Below, in pieces: positions 49,141 through 58,127 of a stretch of DNA of 64,000 bases. Within the stretch, counting starts at the first letter, position 1; every line of letters begins with the position of its first letter. The position numbers and the translations under genes are program-made. The notes under the pieces were generated by a model. That model did no database searches and was not told the origin of the DNA. It saw nothing but the letters and a program-made list of their open reading frames with translations. The DNA is from Candidatus Nomurabacteria bacterium (lineage in GTDB: Bacteria > Patescibacteriota > Minisyncoccia > Phycocordibacterales > UBA9973). The DNA lies in the NCBI GenBank assembly GCA_031425235.1, contig JANPIZ010000004.1, positions 66,251-130,250 of the forward strand, read 5' to 3'.

Positions 49141-50901
49141 TTATTCGGACACAACTCGGAATACTTCTTCGAGGGTTGTCATTCCAAGGACTGCTTGGTA
49201 GACACCGTCTTCGAGCATAGTCATCATTCCCTCTTTTTTTGCTTGTATTTCTATGTCGTCCTGCGAGCTTCCTTTAATTATCATATCTCGAATCGTAGCA
49301 CTCACAGATAATACTTCGTGTATACCCGTACGACTCGAATAGCCGTCTTCAAGTTCATTGATTTTTTTAGCTTTATAAAAAGCAACTTTTTCCCACGTAT
49401 CTTTTGGTCCTACTAGTTTCTCTTCTTGAAGTAATTTAAGCATGCGATCGAGATCGACTATTTTTGAGAGATTTTTAATTTCTGCTTCGGATAAAAAATA
49501 TTTTTCCTTCTCGGGCACAAGCTTTCGTACTAAACGCTGAGCGATGATCGTTTTTACTGTCGCGGTTATCAAAAAAGGCTCGATACCCATATCTCGCATT
49601 CTCGGTATAGCGCCAGCAGCTGAGTTTGTATGGATAGTAGAGAGTACGAGGTGTCCGGTAAGTGAGGCATTGATAGCAAGACCGGCGGTTTCTCCATCGC
49701 GAATCTCGCCCACCATCACTATGTCGGGATCCTGCCTGAGAAGTGATCGCAGTCCGTTTGCAAAAGTAAGCCCAATTTCAGGCTTTACTTGGGTTTGGTT
49801 GACTCGCGGCATTTGATACTCGATGGGATCTTCAACAGTAGAAATATTTACTTCTGGTTTATTTAAAATATCGAGTATGGTATAGAGTGTAGTAGTTTTT
49901 CCAGAGCCTGTCGGACCTGTCGCAAGCACCATACCAGTTTTTTGTTTAAGTGAAGTATGGATTCGTTCTAAACCCTCACCATGAAATCCGAGCCCTTCGA
50001 GCGAAAATCCATGCGAGGTTTCTTTTAAAATTCTCATTACTGTTTTTTCACCATAAAAAGTTGGCAGCGTCGACACACGAAATGAAATTTTTTCACCATC
50101 TTGCTCTTTTTTAAACCTACCGTCCTGGGGCAATCTTTTTTCATCAAGTTTTAAATTCGCAAGCACTTTAATACGAGCAGTGATGCCTGCTGCAGCGTTC
50201 TTGTCGAGCACCATAGCATCATGCAGTATCCCGTCGATGCGATATCGTATCGTAAGTTCTTTCTCTCCTGGCTCGATATGAATATCGGATGCATTTTGAA
50301 GAACAGCGTGCACAATAAGCGAGTCGACAATTTTCACCACTGGTAAATCCTCAGCCATTTTCTGTAATTCCACTTCTGTTTTTTCCACTGACTTGTCTCC
50401 GTCTTCGACAACATCACCCAAGAGAGTGGTCGATTCTTTTTGAATTATATTTTGAAATTCAGACTGCAGGCTCTTCCGGTATTGAATAAGCACAGCACGT
50501 ATAGAGCTGGTGTCTGTGAGTCGAGGTAATATTTTAAAACCTGAACGCTTTTTTATAAAATCAATCACGGGTAAATCATCAACGTCAAGCATAGCTACTT
50601 CAAGCCCTTGAGTATTTTTTTTGTAAGCGACAATATTATAATTCCGAGCGATCGGCTCAGGTATTAAAGAAAGAACAGCAAAATCAATTTTTTCTGCGGA
50701 AAGATTGACGAATGGTATTCCTAAGACAAACGCTTCCATTCGTTTATAATCAATTTCAGAAATTTTACCTTCCGAAAGCAGTACATTGCCGAGTTTTTGT
50801 TTTTTTTCTTGCGCCTTTTTTACAGCTGCCTCAAAATCTGTTTTTGTAACAAGTCCTGACTCCAAAACAAATTTTTTAAATTGCTGTTCGTCAATTTGCA
50901 T
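49141..50901 (-). CDS. pilB: Type IV pilus assembly ATPase PilB/GspE
   Basis: ASDIHIEP, RLPQDGR, TGPTGSGKTTTLY, LRQDPDIVMVGEIRD, TGHLVLSTIHTN. Confidence 0.95.
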   Translation of the reverse strand: MQIDEQQFKKFVLESGLVTKTDFEAAVKKAQEKKQKLGNVLLSEGKISEIDYKRMEAFVLGIPFVNLSAEKIDFAVLSLIPEPIARNYNIVAYKKNTQGLEVAMLDVDDLPVIDFIKKRSGFKILPRLTDTSSIRAVLIQYRKSLQSEFQNIIQKESTTLLGDVVEDGDKSVEKTEVELQKMAEDLPVVKIVDSLIVHAVLQNASDIHIEPGEKELTIRYRIDGILHDAMVLDKNAAAGITARIKVLANLKLDEKRLPQDGRFKKEQDGEKISFRVSTLPTFYGEKTVMRILKETSHGFSLEGLGFHGEGLERIHTSLKQKTGMVLATGPTGSGKTTTLYTILDILNKPEVNISTVEDPIEYQMPRVNQTQVKPEIGLTFANGLRSLLRQDPDIVMVGEIRDGETAGLAINASLTGHLVLSTIHTNSAAGAIPRMRDMGIEPFLITATVKTIIAQRLVRKLVPEKEKYFLSEAEIKNLSKIVDLDRMLKLLQEEKLVGPKDTWEKVAFYKAKKINELEDGYSSRTGIHEVLSVSATIRDMIIKGSSQDDIEIQAKKEGMMTMLEDGVYQAVLGMTTLEEVFRVVSE

Positions 50902-50975
50902 ATTTTAATTATAACAATAAACACTCCTCATAAACAAATTAATTTGTTTATTTTGATGATTAAAAAGTCGTTACA

Positions 50976-51005
50976 AAAAAAATCCCCCATTACGGGGGAT
51001 TTTTT
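50976..51005. terminator. Intrinsic terminator
   Basis: AAAAAATCCCCC-ATTAC-GGGGGATTTTTT. Confidence 0.8.
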
Positions 51006-52571
51006 CTAGTTCTCGATGAATATCGGTTTCTTTTTTAACTCAGTGCACGCTGCTGATGCTCCCCCATTTTTACCGTTGCATGTCCAAGTCCACTTAGAAA
51101 TACCGTTTACATTACTACCGCCTGTCGCGCTGCCGCTGGGATTTGTACCAACAACACAATTGTAATGATTGGCAGCACACTTGGCTGCAATAGGGAGAGG
51201 GCCACCAGGGCCTCCGGGGCCAGGACCCGCACACGCTTGAGTTGTAGGAGGTTGTGGAAGAGGGCATTGTGAGCCTCCGTTTGACGGAGGAATACATGTA
51301 ACTGTTCGAGTTCGTACTCCGTTAATACATGGTCCCCAATCACCTGTTTCCCAACGTCCATCAATCGGTGCATTTTCTTCTACGCACAAGCTTCCGTTGT
51401 ACTTAGCTCCCTGCTCACATCTTGCTGTGATAGGTGCTTGGGCTAGAATTAAATTATTATGATACAAATAAAATGTACTTGACCCTTCGTTCACTATGTT
51501 CGAAAAATTTGTGGCTGAAGTATTTGTAGACACCGTTGTATTGTTGGGATTATTCCTTGTTACAGCAGTATTAGCCCCAGGAACACGATTTTGTGTGTCC
51601 CAAGTTACTGAAGAAGTACATGTAGAGCTTCCGATGGGTATGGTGCAAGAAGTTGCTGATATAGTTCCTGACGGAGCTATGTCTGCAGAACAGGTGCTAC
51701 CATTCCATGTGCTGTTTCCGCCACAGGTAGTAGTTACTGTCGCCAACGCCAGCTGCTCTGAATTATTGTATAAATAAAAAGTAGTTACACCGTCAAAATC
51801 AGTATTGTATCGAACTGTAAAAAGTTGAGATCCATTATTGCCATTGGCTGAACTTGGTGTTGCTCCTCCATTATTAGTAACTGCTGAAGTGCCTACGGGA
51901 TTAGTTGTAGTCCATGTTAATGTTTGAGTGCAGGTGCTTTGCCCAGAAGGAATAGTGCAGGTTGATGATGGTGGGATAAGGGTGCCGGACATGGGGGAGG
52001 TAGTTCTAGTTATGGTGAAGGTGCGAGACATAGGAAGCGGATCTAAGGGATGACCTTGAGTATCATAATACTCATTACCTTGACTCATAACTCCATAAAA
52101 ATCAGGGTATTGAGAACATGAATATCCTGGCAATTGACAATTAGGATTATCAACAGCTGGATTGGGATTATTATTATATATAGTTGCCGTTATTGTATAG
52201 ATTCCTGCAGACCACGCAGAAACATCTACGGTATGATTTATGAAACTATTCGCTGCCCCAGATTGGAACATTACTGTGCCAACACTATTAGTAATAATAT
52301 AGTTTAAGCTAGTTTGTCTATCTATAACACCGCTGCCACTATTTGTATGAGGATTATAATGACTACAAAACCAACTTCTTTCCCCAGATATGTTTACATT
52401 AATATTGCTTGGGTTGGAGTACACACCTGTAGGGCTATTCATAGTAGATATACTAGGATGGACTGCAGGCTCATTACCACAACTAGCAAGAGCAATTTCT
52501 GACTTAAAAAACACTCCGGAGACTACTAACAGGCTCACTAAAACAAAAAGGTTAAAAAATTTTAATTTCAT
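51006..52571 (-). CDS. Secreted Cys/Thr-rich surface protein with thrombospondin type-1-like repeat
   Basis: Signal peptide; duplicated CTIP.G.STCT..TW.T.N modules; DGRWETGDWGPCINGVRTRTVTCIPPSNGGSQCP. Confidence 0.8.
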   Translation of the reverse strand: MKLKFFNLFVLVSLLVVSGVFFKSEIALASCGNEPAVHPSISTMNSPTGVYSNPSNINVNISGERSWFCSHYNPHTNSGSGVIDRQTSLNYIITNSVGTVMFQSGAANSFINHTVDVSAWSAGIYTITATIYNNNPNPAVDNPNCQLPGYSCSQYPDFYGVMSQGNEYYDTQGHPLDPLPMSRTFTITRTTSPMSGTLIPPSSTCTIPSGQSTCTQTLTWTTTNPVGTSAVTNNGGATPSSANGNNGSQLFTVRYNTDFDGVTTFYLYNNSEQLALATVTTTCGGNSTWNGSTCSADIAPSGTISATSCTIPIGSSTCTSSVTWDTQNRVPGANTAVTRNNPNNTTVSTNTSATNFSNIVNEGSSTFYLYHNNLILAQAPITARCEQGAKYNGSLCVEENAPIDGRWETGDWGPCINGVRTRTVTCIPPSNGGSQCPLPQPPTTQACAGPGPGGPGGPLPIAAKCAANHYNCVVGTNPSGSATGGSNVNGISKWTWTCNGKNGGASAACTELKKKPIFIEN

Positions 52572-52749
52572 ATTATGTTGATTTTACCTATAATACCTCC
52601 ATTATACTAAATATACTTACAAAGTATATTTAGTATGTGTATAACTCAACGAACAAGACTACATTGCGTTCATTTTATAATTGTGGTATATTGGATTTGT
52701 ATAAGTCCTGTGCCAACAGGGCTTTTAATTTTAGAAACTTAATAAAAGA

Positions 52750-52795
52750 GCGTCGCGCTAATTTGACGGTTGCGTGACGTGATTTCGCAAAATCA
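52750..52795 (+). promoter_or_regulatory. Family D two-hairpin leader motif before nusA
   Basis: GCGTCGCGC...GCGTGACG-TGATTTCGCAAAATCA then ATG; homolog at 63146-63189. Confidence 0.6.
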
Positions 52796-53947
52796 ATGTT
52801 AGACTTAAAAACATTCAAATCAGCTCTGGAACAACTAGAACAAGACAGAAAAATACCAAAAGAAAAAATACTAGACGCAATTGAGCAAGCGATGGCCGCC
52901 GCCTACAAAAAAGATTACGGGAAAAAAGGACAAATCATCCGAGCAAAATTCGACCTTGATACTGGTAAGACCAATTTTTATCAAGTAAAGATCGTGGTAG
53001 ATGAATCTATTGCAATTTTAGACGGAGAAGATGACAGTTCCGACGATGAGTCAGACGAGCGCGTTCATTTTAATGCCGAGCATCATATACTTCTCGAAGA
53101 TGCTAAAAAAATAAAAAAGGACGCTGAACTAAATGATGAGATGATATTCCCCCTCGAGGCAAAAGAGGACTATGGCCGTATTGCTGCCCAAACAGCCAAG
53201 CAGGTTATAATTCAGAAAATTCGGGAAGCAGAACGTGTGTCTATCATCGATGAATATGGCACAAAAGAAGGAGAAATCATTTCTGGTATAGTACAAAAAG
53301 TGGAACGAGGTAATATTTATATTGATTTCAATCGTGCTACAGGGATATTACCTGCGGAAGAGCAGATCCCAGGAGAATTCTGGGAACGGGGACGAAGAAT
53401 CCGAGCATATCTATACTCAGTGGAAGACACTCAACGGGGTATAAATCTACGTCTTTCACGCACGCATCCTAAATTCATAGAGAAGCTTTTCATGATGGAA
53501 GCTCCAGAAATACAGAATGGGGTTGTAGAAATAAAATCTATCGCTCGCGAAGCGGGAGCACGTTCCAAAATTGGTGTATATTCAAACGATGAACATATCG
53601 ATGCTGTCGGCTCATGTGTCGGACAAAAAGGTACTCGTGTAAACACTATAACGCAAGAACTCGGCGGAGAAAAAATCGATATTATCCCTTGGTCTGCAGA
53701 TCCAAAAATGTTTGTCACCAACGCTCTTTCACCCGCAAAAGTCATTTCTATTGAAATCGATGAGAAAGAGCATAAAGCTATCGTCGAAGTGGGCGACGAT
53801 CAACTCTCCCTCGCAATTGGTAAAGGTGGACAAAATGTACGCCTTGCTGCCAAGCTTACTGGTTGGAGAATAGACATCAAAGGTGATGGAAAGATGGTAA
53901 GCTCTGAGGAAGATGCAGAAGAAGTAGTTGAAAAAACTGAGGAATAG
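52796..53947 (+). CDS. nusA: Transcription factor NusA
   Basis: GRIAAQTAKQVI.QKIREAER, AREAGARSK, GSCVGQKGTRV, LSLAIGKGGQNVRLAAKLTGW. Confidence 0.98.
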   Translation: MLDLKTFKSALEQLEQDRKIPKEKILDAIEQAMAAAYKKDYGKKGQIIRAKFDLDTGKTNFYQVKIVVDESIAILDGEDDSSDDESDERVHFNAEHHILLEDAKKIKKDAELNDEMIFPLEAKEDYGRIAAQTAKQVIIQKIREAERVSIIDEYGTKEGEIISGIVQKVERGNIYIDFNRATGILPAEEQIPGEFWERGRRIRAYLYSVEDTQRGINLRLSRTHPKFIEKLFMMEAPEIQNGVVEIKSIAREAGARSKIGVYSNDEHIDAVGSCVGQKGTRVNTITQELGGEKIDIIPWSADPKMFVTNALSPAKVISIEIDEKEHKAIVEVGDDQLSLAIGKGGQNVRLAAKLTGWRIDIKGDGKMVSSEEDAEEVVEKTEE

Positions 53948-53961
53948 AATATAATAAAAAT

Positions 53962-54507
53962 ATGAACTTGTGGCACGACATAACAATAGGAAAAAATGTA
54001 CCTGAAGAATTTAATTGTATAGTCGAAATTCCAAAGGGCTCACATAATAAGTATGAGATAGATAAGGAAACAGGTCTTATAGGTCTTGACCGCGCAAATT
54101 ATAATTCTGCGCCATACCCTTTTGATTACGCTTTTATTCCTCAAACTCTGTGGGATGATGGAGATGCGCTTGATGTAATAATTCTTACTACCTACCCACT
54201 CGAAGTAGGGATAATGGTTGCTGCGCGACCAATCGCAATCATGGATATGAATGATTCGGGTGAGTCGGACGCAAAAATAATTGCGGTGCCGGTAAACGAC
54301 AGAAGGTTTGAAGGTATACAAGATTTAAATGACTTAAACAAGCATATGCTTAAAGAATATGCTCATTTTTTTGAAACATACAAAATACTAAAGGGAGATG
54401 ACCCTCGTAAATATCCCGTAACTATTTCAGGCTATAAAGACAAAAGTGAAGCAATAAAGGCAATCAATCACTCAATTAAATTATATAACGATAAATTTAA
54501 TAAATAA
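53962..54507 (+). CDS. ppa: Inorganic pyrophosphatase, family I
   Basis: EIPKGS.NKYE.DK, DDGDALD, D.GESDAKIIAVP. Confidence 0.96.
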   Translation: MNLWHDITIGKNVPEEFNCIVEIPKGSHNKYEIDKETGLIGLDRANYNSAPYPFDYAFIPQTLWDDGDALDVIILTTYPLEVGIMVAARPIAIMDMNDSGESDAKIIAVPVNDRRFEGIQDLNDLNKHMLKEYAHFFETYKILKGDDPRKYPVTISGYKDKSEAIKAINHSIKLYNDKFNK

Positions 54508-55103
54508 TGGGAGTAAGAAAAATAATCCCAAATGGTGAACCGTAAATTTTAGCACAAGCTAGAATTGGAGCCCTTGTGGTTTTTCCTGTACTTGTTGATT
54601 CTGGAAATGGACATGAAGAAAAAATGTTTGAAAAATTCGTGCGCCCGCCAGGTACACGAATTATCGCATCAAAAGATGATAAAATATTTTTGCAAAAAGA
54701 AATACGGTTAGAAACAAATAATACATTCGATTGGCGCCTACCAGGAGGTAAGGTCATGGATAGTTTTGATGAGTATAAAGATTTTATCGGCAAGGAAATC
54801 CCTGAAAAAATTATATTAGAGGCTGGTATAAAAGAACTACGCGAAGAAGCTCTTCTGAACACAGACACAATTAAAATGTTTAAGAAATCCACGTGCGGAG
54901 CATTAGTGGAGTGGGATTTATATTATTTAGTAGCTGAAAACACGAGCCCCGTTGAACACACGCATGATGAAGGAGAAGAAATAATAGAGGGAAAATGGTT
55001 TTCCGCTGATGAAATTCTAGAAATGTGTAAAAATGGAGAAATTGATGAAGATCGAACTGTATCTGCATTGTACCAATTCATACATAAAAGTTTGAATAAC
55101 TAA
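54507..55103 (+). pseudogene. NUDIX (NudF-like) hydrolase with an in-frame TAA at codon 13; possible pseudogene or base error
   Basis: ATG at 54507 overlaps the ppa stop and is in frame with track ORF 54576..55103; TAA at 54543-54545; Nudix box WRLPGGK...KELREE. Confidence 0.55.
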
Positions 55104-55191
55104 CATTGCGCGAAAACACTAATACGTTGTATAATTAATGGAGGCCTTTTATTTTTTACAAAGGTTTAATTATAAGTTTAACTTTAAAATT

Positions 55192-55911
55192 ATGAAAAAA
55201 TATTTAAGTTTATTGATTGTTTTGTTGTTAGTGGGTACAGTGGGTATAAGTGCAGCACGAGCAGAGACTAGTGTCAGTCTTGACGCTCAAGGTGAAGTTA
55301 AGCTCGACGGAAGTGGAGGAAAAATGCAAGAACTTCGAAAGGAAATGCAAGATAAAAAAATGGAGCTAAAAGCAGGATTCGAAGCAAAAAGACAAGAAAT
55401 GAAGACTAAGTGGGAAAGCTTGAGACTCGAAGCAAAAGCAAAAATGGAAGCCTTGAAAGAAAAAGTTAAAGAGGAAAAGGACGCGGCAAAAGCAAAGATA
55501 AAAGAACTCAGAATCACTGGACGTGAAAACGCGCTAGCTCGATTTGACGTCGCAATTAGTAGGATGAGTACACTTTCTGACAAAGTCAGCCTTCACATTA
55601 CGAATCTAAAAGCAAAAGATATAGATGTGACTGCGGCAACAGCTTTTGTTGTCACAGCCGACGCAAAGCTAGAAGCAGCAAAAGCTAAAACAGTCGCAGT
55701 AAACGAATTGCTTTCAAAGTCGGTTGACCAGCTTACCGCCGAAGAAAAAACAAAATTACGAACCCTCACTCAAGAGACACAAGCGCTTCTTCAAGATGCT
55801 CGCCAAGCATTGAAGGAAGCCGTAAAAGCACTCAAGGAAGCCGTAAGAATAAAAATAGAGGCCAAGGCAAAAGTAAAAGCTGAAACAAGTACTGAGGCAA
55901 CCACTCAATAA
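55192..55911 (+). CDS. Secreted coiled-coil protein
   Basis: Signal peptide MKKYLSLL...AARA; K/E/A-rich helical body. Confidence 0.8.
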   Translation: MKKYLSLLIVLLLVGTVGISAARAETSVSLDAQGEVKLDGSGGKMQELRKEMQDKKMELKAGFEAKRQEMKTKWESLRLEAKAKMEALKEKVKEEKDAAKAKIKELRITGRENALARFDVAISRMSTLSDKVSLHITNLKAKDIDVTAATAFVVTADAKLEAAKAKTVAVNELLSKSVDQLTAEEKTKLRTLTQETQALLQDARQALKEAVKALKEAVRIKIEAKAKVKAETSTEATTQ

Positions 55912-55940
55912 ATATATTTTATAAATTTTAACAAAAAATT

Positions 55941-56195
55941 ATGGACACAGAAAAAAAATCAAATGGAGCAGTTATAGGTTTGGTGATCATTATACTTATC
56001 CTGGTGATTGGAGGTATCTATATGTGGCAAAGTAATGCGGGTACTGACACGATAGAAAACTCAACACAGGGAGAAACTCCAACCGAAAGTGGCTCTATCA
56101 CAGCGGAAGACTCCGCAAATCTCGACACCTTAGACAAGGATCTTGATGGAGCAAACACAAACATAGACGCAGCTGCAATAAATAGTGTGCAGTAA
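55941..56195 (+). CDS. Small single-TM protein
   Basis: GAVIGLVIIILILVIGGIYMW plus acidic tail. Confidence 0.75.
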   Translation: MDTEKKSNGAVIGLVIIILILVIGGIYMWQSNAGTDTIENSTQGETPTESGSITAEDSANLDTLDKDLDGANTNIDAAAINSVQ

Positions 56196-56204
56196 TTTGC
56201 TCGT

Positions 56205-56250
56205 AAAAAATAACCCTATGGCTTTTACGAGTCATAAGGTTATTTTTTTT
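56205..56250 (+). terminator. Intrinsic terminator
   Basis: AAAAAATAACCCTATGGC...GTCATAAGGTTATTTTTTT. Confidence 0.65.
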
Positions 56251-56286
56251 GACAAAATACACTAATATATATAAGATACATATACT

Positions 56287-56355
56287 TGTCCCGTAGTAAA
56301 TTTTTGATTACGGAACATAAAAATACACCTTATTAGTTAAAATTTTACTACTGGG
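56287..56355 (+). repeat. Family A2 element (69 nt) forming the tig 5' UTR
   Basis: TGTCCCGTAGTAAATTTTTGATTACGG...AAAATTTTACTACTGGG then ATG; follows a TTGACA-17-TAAGAT promoter. Confidence 0.92.
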
Positions 56356-57465
56356 ATGCTAAAAACAAAAATCACAAAACTACCAAAAAGTGAGGTTGAA
56401 ATAGAGGGTTCACTACATGAAGACGCCTTTGAACAGTACTACAGCAAGGCACTTAAAAACATAGGCGCAAATGTAGAGCTTGATGGATTTAGGAAAGGTA
56501 AAGTTCCTGAAAGTGTTCTTGTTTCTAACATTCCAGAAAATCATATATTGGAAGAAATGGCTCAGCTTGCAATAAACGAACACTACCCCAACATATTAGA
56601 AAGTGAAAAAATTGATGCTATCAGTCGACCAGAAATTTCCATTACTAAACTCGCTCGAAAAAATCCACTTGAGTTTAAAATCAAAACAGCGATATTACCG
56701 CACATAACACTCCCTGACTATAAAACAATAGCCAAAGATATCTCGGCAAGTGTTACCGATGCAGAAAAAAATGTAGTGGTGTCTGACGATGATGTCGAAA
56801 ATGCTATTTTGGATATTAGAAAATCTCGTGCGCCGCGAACACATGTAACGGAAGTAGCTACAGAGGAGAACAAAGAAACACCCGAAAACACAGAACCAAA
56901 AGTAGAACCTGCCCGCAATGCTTCTGACATAGCTGATGCAGGCGGGGAACTCCCAGAATTCAATGATGAATTTGTGAAAAATCTTGGACCATTTGAAAAT
57001 GTCAAAGATTTTAAAAATAAATTAAAAATAAATTTGAAACTCGAGAAAGAAAACGCTCAGAAAGAAAAAACAAGATTGAAAATCATTGAAGAAATAATTG
57101 AAAAAAGCCATCTTGAAGTACCTGAAATTCTTATTGATATCGAAGTCAATAAAATTTTGCAAAAAATGGAAGCAGATATAACTCAAATGGGCTTAAAATT
57201 TGAGGATTATTTAAAGCACATAAACAAAACCATTGAAGACTTAAAAAAAGAATTCCGCATTGATGGCGAGAAAAAAGCTAAACTTTCACTTATCTTAAAT
57301 GAAATATCTAAGGTAGAAAAGATAGTCCCCGATCCTGAGCTTGTAAAAAAAGAAGTCGAGGCTATCATGGAACACTACAAAGATGCTGACCTCGAACGAG
57401 CAATAATGCATGTAGAAAATGTGTTAGTTAATGATCAAATTTTCAAACTTCTTGAAACTCAATAA
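56356..57465 (+). CDS. tig: Trigger factor lacking the FKBP PPIase domain
   Basis: GFRKGKVP ribosome-binding motif; LPDYK; LPEFNDEF; tig-clpP synteny. Confidence 0.93.
   Translation: MLKTKITKLPKSEVEIEGSLHEDAFEQYYSKALKNIGANVELDGFRKGKVPESVLVSNIPENHILEEMAQLAINEHYPNILESEKIDAISRPEISITKLARKNPLEFKIKTAILPHITLPDYKTIAKDISASVTDAEKNVVVSDDDVENAILDIRKSRAPRTHVTEVATEENKETPENTEPKVEPARNASDIADAGGELPEFNDEFVKNLGPFENVKDFKNKLKINLKLEKENAQKEKTRLKIIEEIIEKSHLEVPEILIDIEVNKILQKMEADITQMGLKFEDYLKHINKTIEDLKKEFRIDGEKKAKLSLILNEISKVEKIVPDPELVKKEVEAIMEHYKDADLERAIMHVENVLVNDQIFKLLETQ
56908..56946 (+). repeat. Family B element, copy 5, in frame in tig (PARNASDIADAGG)
   Basis: CCTGCCCGCAATGCTTCTGACATAGCTGATGCAGGCGGG. Confidence 0.93.
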
Positions 57466-57518
57466 AGGAGGGGAAATCATAAGTTGAAAAAAGTTGGGAA
57501 AAGATATATTATGTATTT

Positions 57519-58124
57519 ATGTTAATACCAACTGTTATAGAAAAATCACAATTTGGTGAACGAGCGTATGATATATACTCACGTTTGCTCCGTGAACGTA
57601 TCATATTTTTAAGTGGCCCTATCGATGACCATGCTTCCAATATCATCATTGCTCAGCTTCTTTTCCTGGAATCAGAAGATTCGAAAAAAGATATATTTCT
57701 ATACATAAACTCTCCTGGTGGGTCAGTTACATCCACTCTCGCGATAGTCGACACCATGAACCACGTCCGTCCTGATATCGCTACATTTTGCGTAGGGCTC
57801 GCTGCTTCGGGTGCTGCTATCGTATTGTCGTCTGGTAAAAAAGGCAAAAGGTACGTGCTGCCAAATGCTGAAATTATGATTCATCAACCTCTTGGTGGTG
57901 TCGAAGGCCAGGCGTCCGATATTGCGATCACTGCAAAACACATCCTTAAAACAAGAGATAATTTAAACAAGATGCTCGCAAAAAATACAGGAAAATCTGT
58001 GTCTCAGATAGAAAAAGATGTAGAGAGAGACTTTTTCATGGACGCTGATGAAGCCAAGAAATACGGTATTATTGACGAAATAGTTACAAAATCAAAAATT
58101 CCAGAGAAAAAATCGAGTAACTAA
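57519..58124 (+). CDS. clpP: ATP-dependent Clp protease proteolytic subunit
   Basis: [32 protein letters not shown]. Confidence 0.98.
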   Translation: MLIPTVIEKSQFGERAYDIYSRLLRERIIFLSGPIDDHASNIIIAQLLFLESEDSKKDIFLYINSPGGSVTSTLAIVDTMNHVRPDIATFCVGLAASGAAIVLSSGKKGKRYVLPNAEIMIHQPLGGVEGQASDIAITAKHILKTRDNLNKMLAKNTGKSVSQIEKDVERDFFMDADEAKKYGIIDEIVTKSKIPEKKSSN

Positions 58125-58127
58125 AAA

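Noticed and set aside
54543-54545. Stop-codon reassignment
   Set aside because: TAA, TAG and TGA all end well-conserved genes elsewhere, so a single internal TAA is better explained by mutation or error
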